A stretch of 63,867 nucleotides of DNA, the filler included, from Octopus bimaculoides (lineage: Eukaryota): NCBI RefSeq assembly GCF_001194135.2. It is 8 parts of 7 records of this genome, joined end to end, with 100 filler letters (N's around TTAATTAATTAA, not from the genome) between each part and the next. Parts side by side here need not be neighbours in the genome. Positions count along the whole stretch, not along the records: positions 1 to 12,162 come from NC_068994.1; 7 more parts are not named here. One strand, 5' to 3'. Position numbers and translations under genes: made by a program. The notes below the pieces were generated by a model, which saw only the letters and a program-made list of their open reading frames with translations, made no database searches and was not told the DNA's origin. Below, piece after piece: positions 1-10,798 of the stretch. The first letter of the stretch is position 1. Each line of letters begins with the position of its first letter.

Positions 1-300
1 ATATGGAAAAACAGAAATGGGGCTACTTTCAGGTAACAGACCAACACAAAGAGAGGGTCAAGAATGCGAATTCCATATGTGAGAGAGAGAGAGAAGGTGA
101 GAAAGGGAGAGAAACCAAGAGAGAGAGAGAGAGAGTAACAGACTGACGGACAGAAGACAGGCAGACAGAGGCAATGTCAGGGAACGAAAGTGGTTTGAAT
201 GAAAAATTCTTATGGAGACCTATCGTTGAATAGATGAGAGATACATACATATTACCACAGCGGTACACTGACATATTGTAAGGTAAAGAGTGAAGGGGTA

Positions 301-311
301 GAGAAAGCGAA

Positions 312-388
<77 letters not shown>

Positions 389-737
389 NNNNNNNNNNNN
401 NNNNNNNNNNNNNNNNNNNNNNNNNNNNNNNNNNNNNNNNNNNNNNNNNNNNNNNNNNNNNNNNNNNNNNNNNNNNNNNNNNNNNNNNNNNNNNNNNNNN
501 NNNNNNNNNNNNNNNNNNNNNNNNNNNNNNNNNNNNNNNNNNNNNNNNNNNNNNNNNNNNNNNNNNNNNNNNNNNNNNNNNNNNNNNNNNNNNNNNNNNN
601 NNNNNNNNNNNNNNNNNNNNNNNNNNNNNNNNNNNNNNNNNNNNNNNNNNNNNNNNNNNNNNNNNNNNNNNNNNNNNNNNNNNNNNNNNNNNNNNNNNNN
701 NNNNNNNNNNNNNNNNNNNNNNNNNNNNNNNNNNNNN

Positions 738-786
<49 letters not shown>
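301..786. repeat. (GA)n and (TA)n microsatellites flanking an assembly gap (N 389-737)
   Basis: Pure dinucleotide runs abut the N run. The same pattern recurs at the gaps near 3946, 6874, 24102, 26921 and 47908. Confidence 0.95.
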
Positions 787-792
<6 letters not shown>

Positions 793-939
793 CATATGTA
801 CACATGTCGACATATACAAACACTTAAATATATGTGTGTGTAAAAATATTTATATACCTTCAACATATATATATGTATGTGTGTGAATATGTATTACGTA
901 TTATCTATAGATATGAATACATACATATGCGTATGGATT

Positions 940-1270
940 GTAAACTTCCAAGATGCCACTCTCAACTTAAACACGCGTGAGAAACTCACATACATTGATA
1001 TTAACTCTTACCACTTATTCGTAGTTTCCAAAAACCTAATTAGTAATATCAGGAGCAACATCTCTAATCTCCCTTGGAATAAAGAAATCTTGGATAAGGC
1101 AACCAGTTATTATAACTGTGCCTTGAAAAACGGTTGTTTAGAAGATAAGTTTACTTATACTTTCAGCCTCTATCTTCGCAGAAGATTAGATATCGTAACG
1201 GCGTAGCGTTTGTTCCGTTTTCTTTAAATTTTAGTATAGTATTACTGGGAATTTTCTCGAATGCTAGAAG
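940..1270 (+). mobile_element. Penelope-like element, degenerate RT C-terminal/thumb fragment
   Basis: Translation VNFQDATLNLNT..LTYIDINSYHLFVVSKNLISNIRSNISNLPWNKEILDKATSYYNCALKNGCLEDKFTY resembles the PLE pattern FLDVTLNL..YIN..SNHP..I..RIS.LSSNEEIF.....Y..ALK.SGY. A downstream frameshifted VAFVPFSLNFS resembles IWFNPPFSLNV. Confidence 0.7.
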
Positions 1271-1844
1271 TAAATATATATTTTTTTTAATCAACACCGC
1301 TACAGGAAACTGTTTTAACAGAAATAGTCTAAAAGTTAGTTACAGCTGAATTATACGAAAATCCCTTTATACACTTTCAGAAACATCACAGCATGTCTGC
1401 TCAACCAGTCATGTAAAGCCAAAGCGTTTAATATAGGAAACAGAAACCACCCCTACGATATCAAATAAAATGACAAAGCGTATGGACTGCTTAGAAATAT
1501 CATAATCCAAACTCAGTTAAACCTTTGAGACATGTTCAGACGAAAAACCATCAAAAATCTTTGTCAAATCTGAAATCTAAAAACAAAATGCACTAATTTT
1601 AATATAAGACTGTATATAAAGTGGATAAAAATTGAAACACTTCCTCAAGTACAAAATCCCGAATATTGCAAAATATGCAAAATTCAGCGAACTGTGTACA
1701 TACACGTTTTGATTTCTTCACGAAATGTCGATAAGTCGAAAACTATACGCTACTTTTCCGCAAACTTGTATAACGACTAGATTTTGTGTGAGTGCGTGTG
1801 TATGTGCATCCAAGTTGTTTTGTACAGAATATGTAAATGCATGC

Positions 1845-2075
1845 TACAATAATTTTAATAGAGTATTTGACACATTGAACAGAGAGGGATTGGGACAGAT
1901 ACTACTAGGGATGCCCTGAGAAGATCGCTGTGTCTGTGTATAGATGCTAAACTCAGCTTGAAGAATGAACTCTTTTATCCATTCGTTACAATCGACGTTC
2001 AGCGGGTTTGTATCTTGGCCCCCTGTCGACTTCAGTATAAATCTGTCAGTAGTTATCGAGGAAGTATCGAATGAC
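1845..2075 (+). mobile_element. RTE-clade LINE RT fragment (degenerate)
   Basis: FNRVFDTLNREGLGQIL / GCPEKI / FVTIDVQRVCILAP across frameshifts correspond to the RT motifs KAFD.V.R.GLW.IL..GCP.K and GV.QGC.LAP. Confidence 0.6.
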
Positions 2076-2101
2076 ATAGAGACAGATGTTTATTAGTACT
2101 A

Positions 2102-2599
2102 ACGGATCTTTTCCCTTTCAACGATAGATCGAGAAATTAATTTTTTGTAACTAAACACTTTCAAACTTCGGACACTGGTAGAATGTGTCATATAAAACAT
2201 CATTTACTTTTAGTGTTGTTGAGAAAAGTTTATATTTTAAAAGTTATTTCGTGCTAAAGTTGTCGTATTTCGGTAATTTCAACCAATCAATGACGTGTAT
2301 TCAGTTGAATAAAATGACTGCTGTTGTTTGTCAACAACAACTTCCTGAGGTGTGTATTTCATTTGTCACTGTTATTTATGACATATTTCATCTCAGCTGA
2401 ATACACGTCATTGATTGGTTGATATTACCGAAGTACGACAAATTTAACACGAAATAACTTTGAAAATATAAACTTTTCTCAACAACACTAAGAGTAAATG
2501 ATGTTTTATATGACACATTCTACCAGTGTCCGAAGTTTGAAAGTGTTTAGTTACAAAAAATTAATTTCTCAATCTGCCGTTCAAAGGGAAAAGATCCGT
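2102..2599. mobile_element. Foldback MITE with 207-bp terminal inverted repeats
   Basis: 2102-2308 is the reverse complement of 2393-2599 with 11 mismatches (hand count, ~95%), around an 84-bp spacer. The exact ends and TSD are ambiguous (ACTA duplication, or a TA TSD with a slightly longer TIR). Confidence 0.9.
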
Positions 2600-2800
2600 A
2601 CTAACATGACCTAGTGCTAACATATTTGGCCTGTCAAAACTGAAAAGAAATTCGAAGACTAAACTCTATTATCATTCGTGAAGCGATCTTTGCGAAGGAA
2701 ACTGCCTTCGTAGCACAATCACATGAGGACATGTAGAATATTACCTTTGTATTTGTTGAATCTGCGCGTAACTCCGGCCAACAAATTAATTAAATAAACA

Positions 2801-2851
<51 letters not shown>

Positions 2852-2879
2852 CACGCATATACACACATACACACATACG

Positions 2880-3291
2880 TTCTTTTATTCTTTTATTCTT
2901 TTACTTGTGTCAGTCATTTGGCTGCGGCCATGCTCGAGCACCGCCTTTAGTCGAGCAAATCGACCTCGTGACTTATTCCTTGTAAGCCTAGTACCTATTC
3001 TATCGGTCTCTTTTGCCAAACCGCTAAGTTACGGGGACGTAAACATACCAGCATCGGTTGTCAAGCGATGTTGGGGGTGGGGAACAAACACAGACACACA
3101 AACATATACACACACATGCATATATACATATATATGACCGGCTTCTTTCAGTTTCCGTCTACCAAATCCACTCACAAACCTTTAGTCGGCCTGAGGCTAT
3201 AGTAGAAGACACTTGCCCAAGGTGATACGCAGTGGAACTGAACCCGGAACCATCTGGTTGATAAACAAGCTACTTACCACACAGCCGCTCC
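2880..3291 (-). mobile_element. tRNA-derived SINE family A, full length
   Basis: Minus strand: head GGCTGTGTGGTAAGTAGC (A-box-like), GGTTCAGTTCC (B-box-like), CCTTGGGCAAGTGTC core-like motif, internal (GT/AT)n, and an (AAAAGAAT)n tail. About 15 related copies occur in the window. Confidence 0.9.
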
Positions 3292-3563
3292 ATATATATA
3301 TAAGGATGTAGCTATGTGAATGTGTGTAAGAAGAGAAAAGTGAAATAGAATTAATGGGATGAGTATGTGACAACGTTTTTTAATGATGGCGCGAATTCTC
3401 ATATTTAAGAATATATTTTTTTATATACAAGAAGCATTATGACCGCACTACAAATCGTTTATTCACCTTTATAAATTTTAGGTCTCAGATGTACGCACAA
3501 AACAGTGTGGGTGGGAAATGAAATGAAATGGTAAAAGTACAAAGAAGCTGCATGTTAATGGTG

Positions 3564-3564
<1 letters not shown>

Positions 3565-3636
<72 letters not shown>
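3565..3636. repeat. (TAA)n microsatellite
   Basis: Pure TAA run. Confidence 0.97.
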
Positions 3637-3637
<1 letters not shown>

Positions 3638-3902
3638 TTATTTGTAATGATGATATATAGAAGGAAAAGAATATGAGAAGAAAACACGAGTGAAGGGGAA
3701 AAAGAGAGGAAGAGAGACAGAAAGACAGAAGGGTTGAAAGTGATGTAGAAGATAGATAGATAGATACAGAGAGAGAGGGAGGGAGGGAGAGAGAGAGGAG
3801 AAAGGCGTGTAAAACCATTTTATCATTAAGGAAATGCTGATTAATTTGGTATAAAATCTGTTGGAAGAACATGACCTATTAAAGAAACCTACACATTACA
3901 TA

Positions 3903-3945
<43 letters not shown>

Positions 3946-4482
3946 NNNNNNNNNNNNNNNNNNNNNNNNNNNNNNNNNNNNNNNNNNNNNNNNNNNNNNN
4001 NNNNNNNNNNNNNNNNNNNNNNNNNNNNNNNNNNNNNNNNNNNNNNNNNNNNNNNNNNNNNNNNNNNNNNNNNNNNNNNNNNNNNNNNNNNNNNNNNNNN
4101 NNNNNNNNNNNNNNNNNNNNNNNNNNNNNNNNNNNNNNNNNNNNNNNNNNNNNNNNNNNNNNNNNNNNNNNNNNNNNNNNNNNNNNNNNNNNNNNNNNNN
4201 NNNNNNNNNNNNNNNNNNNNNNNNNNNNNNNNNNNNNNNNNNNNNNNNNNNNNNNNNNNNNNNNNNNNNNNNNNNATATATGTGCGTGCACACAGATAGT
4301 TTTACCTAAAGAAATGTGTGCATATATGTGCATGCGCTAGAACGTGTAAGTGTATGTGTGTGTGTACGTATGTACGAATGTGTTTTTGTCTGGTCTAATC
4401 TATTGAGATGAACTACGTTTGTAAGTACATTTGCTGTAGCGTTTGTATGCAATATAATGCACTGCATTTATGTGTATGTATT

Positions 4483-4545
<63 letters not shown>

Positions 4546-5240
4546 GTGTGCACGTTCTTTTACGTACATTGGCAGTCACGGTTTACTATTGATTATAGCT
4601 ATCAACGCGATCGAAGTCAGTTGTAGCAGCAGCTGATGCAGTCAAGTAAAAATGTGGAGAACTAATTTCATTAGAAAGAAACATAAGAATTTTATTTGCT
4701 TCTTTTATTTTACTTAGAACTTTAGAAACTAGGCTCTTAACGCCTTATCAACGCATGCAGGTCTAGAAAGGAATGTTTCCTATTCGTGGAACAATGATTT
4801 TCGCTTGAGAAGGAATGAAAAAAAAAATGGGAAACTTGGCGTAGGGTTAAGAAAACTAGGTTATTGTTGATTTTGTAATGTCAATGTTGTTCTCGTTATG
4901 TTGAAATTTCCTGCTATTTGTCTGCCACTACAAGAAGCTCACTCACTCACCGACACACTAACGATCCCAGGACTGTCGAAGCGTTTCAGCCTTAGCTGCT
5001 CATCTAAGAGAAGATAACTCTGTACACATCCTGCCTCTTGATATCTACTGGACTCGTGATACCTATTGCACTAGACTACTGCAAGCTTGAAGGACGAGAA
5101 GATTGGAGCTCGGTGTGCATAAACCATGACTACTATGATAATGAATTCCTATTGCCTTGTAGGGTAATTTATTGAGCTTCCTCGAAAGGGTTTAGTGATT
5201 AAACCCCTACAGAAAATCATCTGGAATGACGTATCATAAA

Positions 5241-5456
5241 TCAGATATGTACGATTACACTAACCTAAGAGGTAGCATCCACTGCGGTTCCATGGGCGCT
5301 GCAAACGTATTGGCTTGATTTCCTTTGTGGCTTGTTTCCTTTGCGGCAACGGCTGATAGAGCTTGGCACCAGTGACGTCGCAACACACTTCTACGGCTGA
5401 GTGAACTGGAGCAACATGAAATCGAACTCACAACCTCATGATTGTGAGCCCAACCA
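5241..5456 (-). mobile_element. tRNA-derived SINE family C, internally deleted
   Basis: Minus strand: CTCACAATCATGAGGTTGTGAGTTCGATT (B box) joined to TTGCTCCAGTTCACTCAGC. The same core occurs at 35630-35660 and, less clearly, at 30040-30065. Confidence 0.65.
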
Positions 5457-5992
5457 AAAAGCAGCATTTGCGTATAAGACAAAAGAGTTAAGGTAATGCA
5501 ATGATACGTTCCACAGTAGAATAGTTAAGCGAGGTTGCTGTACGTGGAATGTAAAGTGCAAGATGATTGATATCCATATGTACTAGAATCCTTTTATAAC
5601 ACCCTCGTTTCTTTAATACGTTGTCATAAGACTATACGTCTGCTTAGACTTGCAACATCAATTGCAATTTGCACGAGAATTTCAAAACAATGCTGCAAGC
5701 CAAAATTCTCCCGATGAATGCAAGTGAGAAAATGTGCAACAGCCTTATTATCTAATATCCATTGCGAATAACTACCGTTAGCTAATCAGTGAAAGATGTG
5801 CCTGGTGTTAAATCAACACTTTTAAAGAAAACTAATTGATTTCTTTCTGTTATTCTACGATAGTTTTCAAAACGTTTCCATAATCACTATGAATTCCTTA
5901 CAATATTGCTGAAGACGTATATGAAGCATTTCTGAAACAAGTACAAAGTGATGCAAAGCGCAGGTGGTTATTTTAACCTCTAATTAAATATA

Positions 5993-6059
<67 letters not shown>

Positions 6060-6061
6060 TT

Positions 6062-6278
6062 ATGTGTGTGTCTTTATGTCTTGCTTGTCCCCCAACCATC
6101 GCTTGGTATGTTTACGTATTCGTAGTTTAGCGGTTCGGCTAAAGAGACCGATGGAATAGGTACCATGCTTACAAGAAATAAATCCTGAGGGAGGAGGGAT
6201 TTTTGCGATTCAAAACTCTTTGAAGTGGGTGCTCCAGTATGGCCGCAGTCAGACGACTGAATACAAGCAACAGAATAC
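6062..6278 (+). mobile_element. SINE family A, 3' half
   Basis: TTAGCGGTTCGGC..AAAGAGACCGAT..GGTGCTCCAGTATGGCCGCAGTC matches the family A tail. Preceded by (GT)n at 5993-6056. Confidence 0.8.
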
Positions 6279-7302
6279 TCCTAATAGGTTATTATAATTC
6301 ACAGTAAAAACTAAATCAAATAATCTGAACTGGAGCGCATTTATTACATTATTCGTTTTACACTCTTTTATGATGGTGGCCCAATGACTGCTCTAGGCCT
6401 ATCATAACCCCCCCCCCTTACTTTGATCGTAGTTTGTGAATCATGACTTGGTTATCATAGACTGGACTAATACGCGTGCCGACTCATTGCATCAGAAAAG
6501 CAAATTGCTTTTGTTTAATACATATCAATGTTATTACATCAGACGATTGATAGAAAATTATGCTTGGAATTAGTAAACTACTGCACCGTCAAAATTCAAC
6601 TGAAGCGAGGGAACGGTAGGTCCTTTGTACACGACTTTTGGTTACTATGCTGTGTATTGTACATAAAAGTACACGTTTTACAGTTCACTAGTCTTGTAAC
6701 TTTTAATTAACAGTATATCATTATAATTCTGTGGTTATTCGAACTTTTCCATGTTGTGTTCGGTGGATAGTCATGCGTTATGAAATCAGGAAATTTTTAT
6801 CATCTGCCTCCCAATCCTATACAATTTAATGTTTTACTTTGCTATCTATCGATCTATATATATATATATATATNNNNNNNNNNNNNNNNNNNNNNNNNNN
6901 NNNNNNNNNNNNNNNNNNNNNNNNNNNNNNNNNNNNNNNNNNNNNNNNNNNNNNNNNNNNNNNNNNNNNNNNNNNNNNNNNNNNNNNNNNNNNNNNNNNN
7001 NNNNNNNNNNNNNNNNNNNNNNNNNNNNNNNNNNNNNNNNNNNNNNNNNNNNNNNNNNNNNNNNNNNNNNNNNNNNNNNNNNNNNNNNNNNNNNNNNNNN
7101 NNNNNNNNNNNNNNNNNNNNNNNNNNNNNNNNNNNNNNNNNNNNNNNNNNNNNNNNNNNNNNNNNNNNNNNNNNNNNNNNNNNNNNNNNNNNNNNNNNNN
7201 NNNNNNNNNNNNNNNNNNNNNNNNNNNNNNNNNNNNNNNNNNNNNNNNNNNNNNNNNNNNNNNNNNNNNNNNNNNNNNNNNNNNNNNNNNNNNNNNNNNN
7301 NN

Positions 7303-7349
<47 letters not shown>

Positions 7350-7554
7350 ATGTATGTTTATATATATGTACATATGTGTATATGTGTATGTATGTATTGT
7401 GTATATATATATTGCATAGATATATAGATATATATGCAATATATATCTATATATCTATGTATGAATTTGTGTATGTGTGTGTCTGAGTGTGTGTATCGTG
7501 TTTGTCCCTAGCACCGGTTGACAACCGGCGTTGTTTTATTTACAGCCCGTAACT

Positions 7555-8010
7555 TTGATGAGGGCCCTGGTAACCAACATGAAAGTGTGAAAGAGAAGAT
7601 CAGAAAGGAATGTTACAGGAGAGTTCGAACAGTCCTAAAATCCGAGTTAAATGCACGTAACAAGGTGTTAGCTATAAATTCCTTGGCAGTTCCGGTTGTT
7701 ATATGCAGTTCAATGTGTTGAACTGGAAATGAGGAAAATAAGGAAGATTGACAGGAAAATTTTCACCCTGCTGACTTGCAATAAGATGCACCACCCAAAG
7801 ACGACGCAGGTCATCTTTACCTACCCAGAGATCAAGGAGGTCGAGGGCTTGATCCAATTTGAAATCTCCGACAAAACCACCACAATTGGACTTTCAAAAT
7901 ATCTTGAAACATCTAACGACTGGATGCTAATGCTCATTGAAAACCATGAAAGAAGTAAGAAGGTTCATTCTGTTAGGAAGGAAAGCAAAATATTTTCAAC
8001 TGAGCTTATT
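7555..8010 (+). mobile_element. R4/Dong-like (restriction-like endonuclease clade) non-LTR retrotransposon, RT thumb fragment
   Basis: KEKIRKECYRRVRTVLKSELNARNKVLAINSLAVPVV / RKIDRKIFTLLTCNKMHHPK / LYLPRDQGGRGLI (frameshifted) match the R4/Dong pattern KEYYRRVR.ILKSELNA.N...AIN..AVPV...MHHPKAD.DRLYLPR..GGRGL. Confidence 0.8.
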
Positions 8011-8603
8011 CATAATGCCCATGTATATATACACGTATATATCCATATTCATATATACTTATATAACTGCATATACACATGCATACATATTGAAACAGTT
8101 AGTATGCCAAAATACGTAGTCGTTCATATGCGTTTAATGTAATCGAGTTATATTGGCTACTATAGATAACATATCGCTCACATTTATGATTCCCAACATG
8201 ATATATTTATCACAGAGACAACGAAGCTATATCACACATATGAGACTCAAGTACGAGATGCGTGCAAATGACACACAAAGCATTTCCCATCTTGAAATAG
8301 CGACACATCGGAACGTATACCTAATTTATAATATATTTATACAGGAATCATTTGGTACACTTCCCTTTTACGTTGTATCGGTCCTATGAGTTCTGCCCAT
8401 CTACCTTTTACATGTCTCTCTTTTATTCTCGCAAATTCTCTCTCTTTGTAATATTATCTCGCTATTTCTCTCTCCTTCTCTTCCCCACGCTCTCTTTCTC
8501 CCTCTTTTTCCCTCTCTCTCTCTCTCTCTCCCTTTCCGTTTCTCGGATAACATTTACATCTCGAAATTTCCATTGTGTGCATATCACATATGATTAGGAA
8601 TAA

Positions 8604-8736
8604 TATTAATCCTTTCTACTAAAGGCAGAGGCCTGAAATCGCGTTTCGAAGGCAAGGACAAGGTAGATGGAACAGGGACAACTGAACAAGGGAAATGTTC
8701 TCTTTATGTTGCATGTCTCGTTTCTCTGCTTGTTTT
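8604..8736. repeat. SINE B tail fragment fused to an unclassified repeat also present at 46745-46870
   Basis: 8604-8640 is the reverse complement of the B tail (CAGGCCTCTGCCTTTAGTAGAAAGGATT). GATGGAACAGGGACAACTGAACAAGGGAAATGTTCT matches 46803-46840. Confidence 0.6.
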
Positions 8737-9290
8737 NNNNNNNNNNNNNNNNNNNNNNNNNNNNNNNNNNNNNNNNNNNNNNNNNNNNNNNNNNNNNNNN
8801 NNNNNNNNNNNNNNNNNNNNNNNNNNNNNNNNNNNNNNNNNNNNNNNNNNNNNNNNNNNNNNNNNNNNNNNNNNNNNNNNNNNNNNNNNNNNNNNNNNNN
8901 NNNNNNNNNNNNNNNNNNNNNNNNNNNNNNNNNNNNNNNNNNNNNNNNNNNNNNNNNNNNNNNNNNNNNNNNNNNNNNNNNNNNNNNNNNNNNNNNNNNN
9001 NNNNNNNNNNNNNNNNNNNNNNNNNNNNNNNNNNNNNNNNNNNNNNNNNNNNNNNNNNNNNNNNNNNNNNNNNATATATATATTCCACTTCCTATGCCTA
9101 TTCTTTATATCTTTCGGCATCATCTCTATTTTCCCCTCTCACTTGGTTTGTTAGCGTCAGCACGTTTTTTTTTTCCTTTCCCACTCTTCATCCTCTTTCA
9201 CACTGCCCGTATACATTACACTTTCTCGTGAAGGACCAACTTCAAGAATGCTAAGTAACTTTCATTTTCTCTCAAAGTATTAAAGCAAGA

Positions 9291-9583
9291 CTGTATCCGA
9301 ACTGTAAGAGCAGAAATCAAATGTACTTCATCAAATGCCCATATTGTAAAGAAACTCCTCCTGGCCACACAGGAAACTCATAATCGGAACGTATATGAGT
9401 TCACCAGCAACAAATTCGAATCGAAAATTTCCGTCACGCCCCATTAAGTGATCGAAACATGCAGTAAGAAAATGATTTTAATATTTCCGATTTTACAAAC
9501 GTTACAATTCGAGTGAAGTTAAAAGAAGAGTAAGAGATATGAATTTTATTGAGAAGCTTAAACCGCTTTTGAATGGACAATAA
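9291..9583 (+). mobile_element. Penelope-like element, degenerate GIY-YIG endonuclease
   Basis: NCKSRNQMYFIKCPYCKETPPGHTGNS*SERI*VHQQQIR ... RDMNFIEKLKPLLNGQ* resembles the PLE endonuclease pattern CKS.N.IY.I.C..C...YIGQTG.SL.ER...H...IR ... E..FI....P.LN. Confidence 0.7.
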
Positions 9584-10020
9584 ACTGAAGAATAAGAACA
9601 CAATATTGATTTAAATTTAATCTTACTCAAAAACTAAAAATATTGATAATATTATTAACCTGAATTTGCACTTGATTTCACTTAGAAATATTTCGGGCAA
9701 CATTACGGTTTGTAGTATTTGATGTTTCTCAACATCTGCTTGTAGATGAGTCAGCTATCGGTGTGTCTGATTGATTAAAATGTTTCGACGAATAAGCGCG
9801 GTCCATATCAACTATGTTACTGCATTCATCAGACCATTAAAATTTGAAAGAAAACTTCAGTCAATTCACTGCATTTGTCAGATGTCAAGCACGGTAGTTG
9901 TTTGTCACTATTGCCTTGTCACAGCATAAACACTTACCTGAAGACTGCGATATCTCAAATTGTTATAAAACATGAAACTACTTATAATACGTAATATTGT
10001 AAAAAAAACTTGTAAAATTA

Positions 10021-10382
10021 AGGCGACCAGCTGGCAGAAACGTTAGCACGCCGGGCGAAATGCTTAGCGGTATTTCGTCTGCCGTTACGTTCTGAGTTCA
10101 AATTCCACCGAGATCGACTTTTTGTCCCATCTATGTCCTTGTTTGTCCCATCTATGTTTAGCCCCTTGTGGGCAATAAAGAAATAAGAAACGTTAGCACG
10201 CCGGGCTAACGGAATTTCGTCTGAGTTCAAATTCCGCCGAAGTCGACTTTGCCTTTCATCCTTTCGGAGTCGGTTAAATAAGTACCAGTTACGCACTGGG
10301 GTTGATGTAATCGACTTAATCCCTTTGTCTGTCCTTGTTTGTCCCCTCTATGTCTAGCCCCCTGTGGACAATAAAGAAATAA
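10021..10382 (+). mobile_element. tRNA-derived SINE family B, head-to-tail dimer
   Basis: GCTGGCAGAAACGTTAGCACGCCGGGC head and GAGTTCAAATTCC B box occur twice. Each unit ends AGCCCC.TGTGG.CAATAAAGAAATAA. Confidence 0.9.
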
Positions 10383-10680
10383 ATATTGTAAAAGTTTACA
10401 CAAAAATAAAATGCAAAACTAGACTGGAATTTGATTGCGTAACATATAAATTTCTGTGTGTGTGTACGTCTGTATTTGTGTGTGAGTGTAAAACTATATA
10501 TACCTGTGTATGTGTTTATATATGTATGTTCTTCTCTTTCTATTTTTCATGTAGATTAAATTTCGTCCGGCCACCTACTTGGTAGTAAGATGAAGGAAAG
10601 CAACTCGGATGAACCACCATCCTTTGCATCTTAAGATTTTTATAGTCCTTTGATATCGTGATTATTTGTAGCGTGTGTAT

Positions 10681-10798
10681 GTATTTATGTGTTTATATAT
10701 GTAGGTATATATGTATTTATGTGTTTATATATGTAGGTATATATGTATTTATGTGTTTATATATGTAGGTATATATGTATTTATGTGTTTATATATGT
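10681..10798. repeat. 32-bp minisatellite, ~3.7 perfect copies
   Basis: Unit GTATTTATGTGTTTATATATGTAGGTATATAT starts at 10681, 10713, 10745 and 10777. Confidence 0.9.

Noticed and set aside
29-866. Long ORFs rich in X, IY, SL, HT, CV runs (here and at 3861, 6780, 8606, 16692, 23912, 26875, 47777, 53786, 60523)
   Set aside because: They are translations of dinucleotide repeats and N gaps, with no domain content.
4940-5130. CRSVSALAAHLR peptide resembling an RTE C-terminal zinc-finger remnant
   Set aside because: Too short and lacks the first cysteine pair; not enough to call.
9935-10000. CTGAAGA...GAAAC downstream of the PLE endonuclease as a possible hammerhead
   Set aside because: No credible stem II or III pairing.
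10030-10095. tRNA-gene-like A and B boxes (also in family A and C heads)
   Set aside because: No cloverleaf or acceptor stem. They continue into SINE bodies, so they are SINE heads and not tRNA genes.
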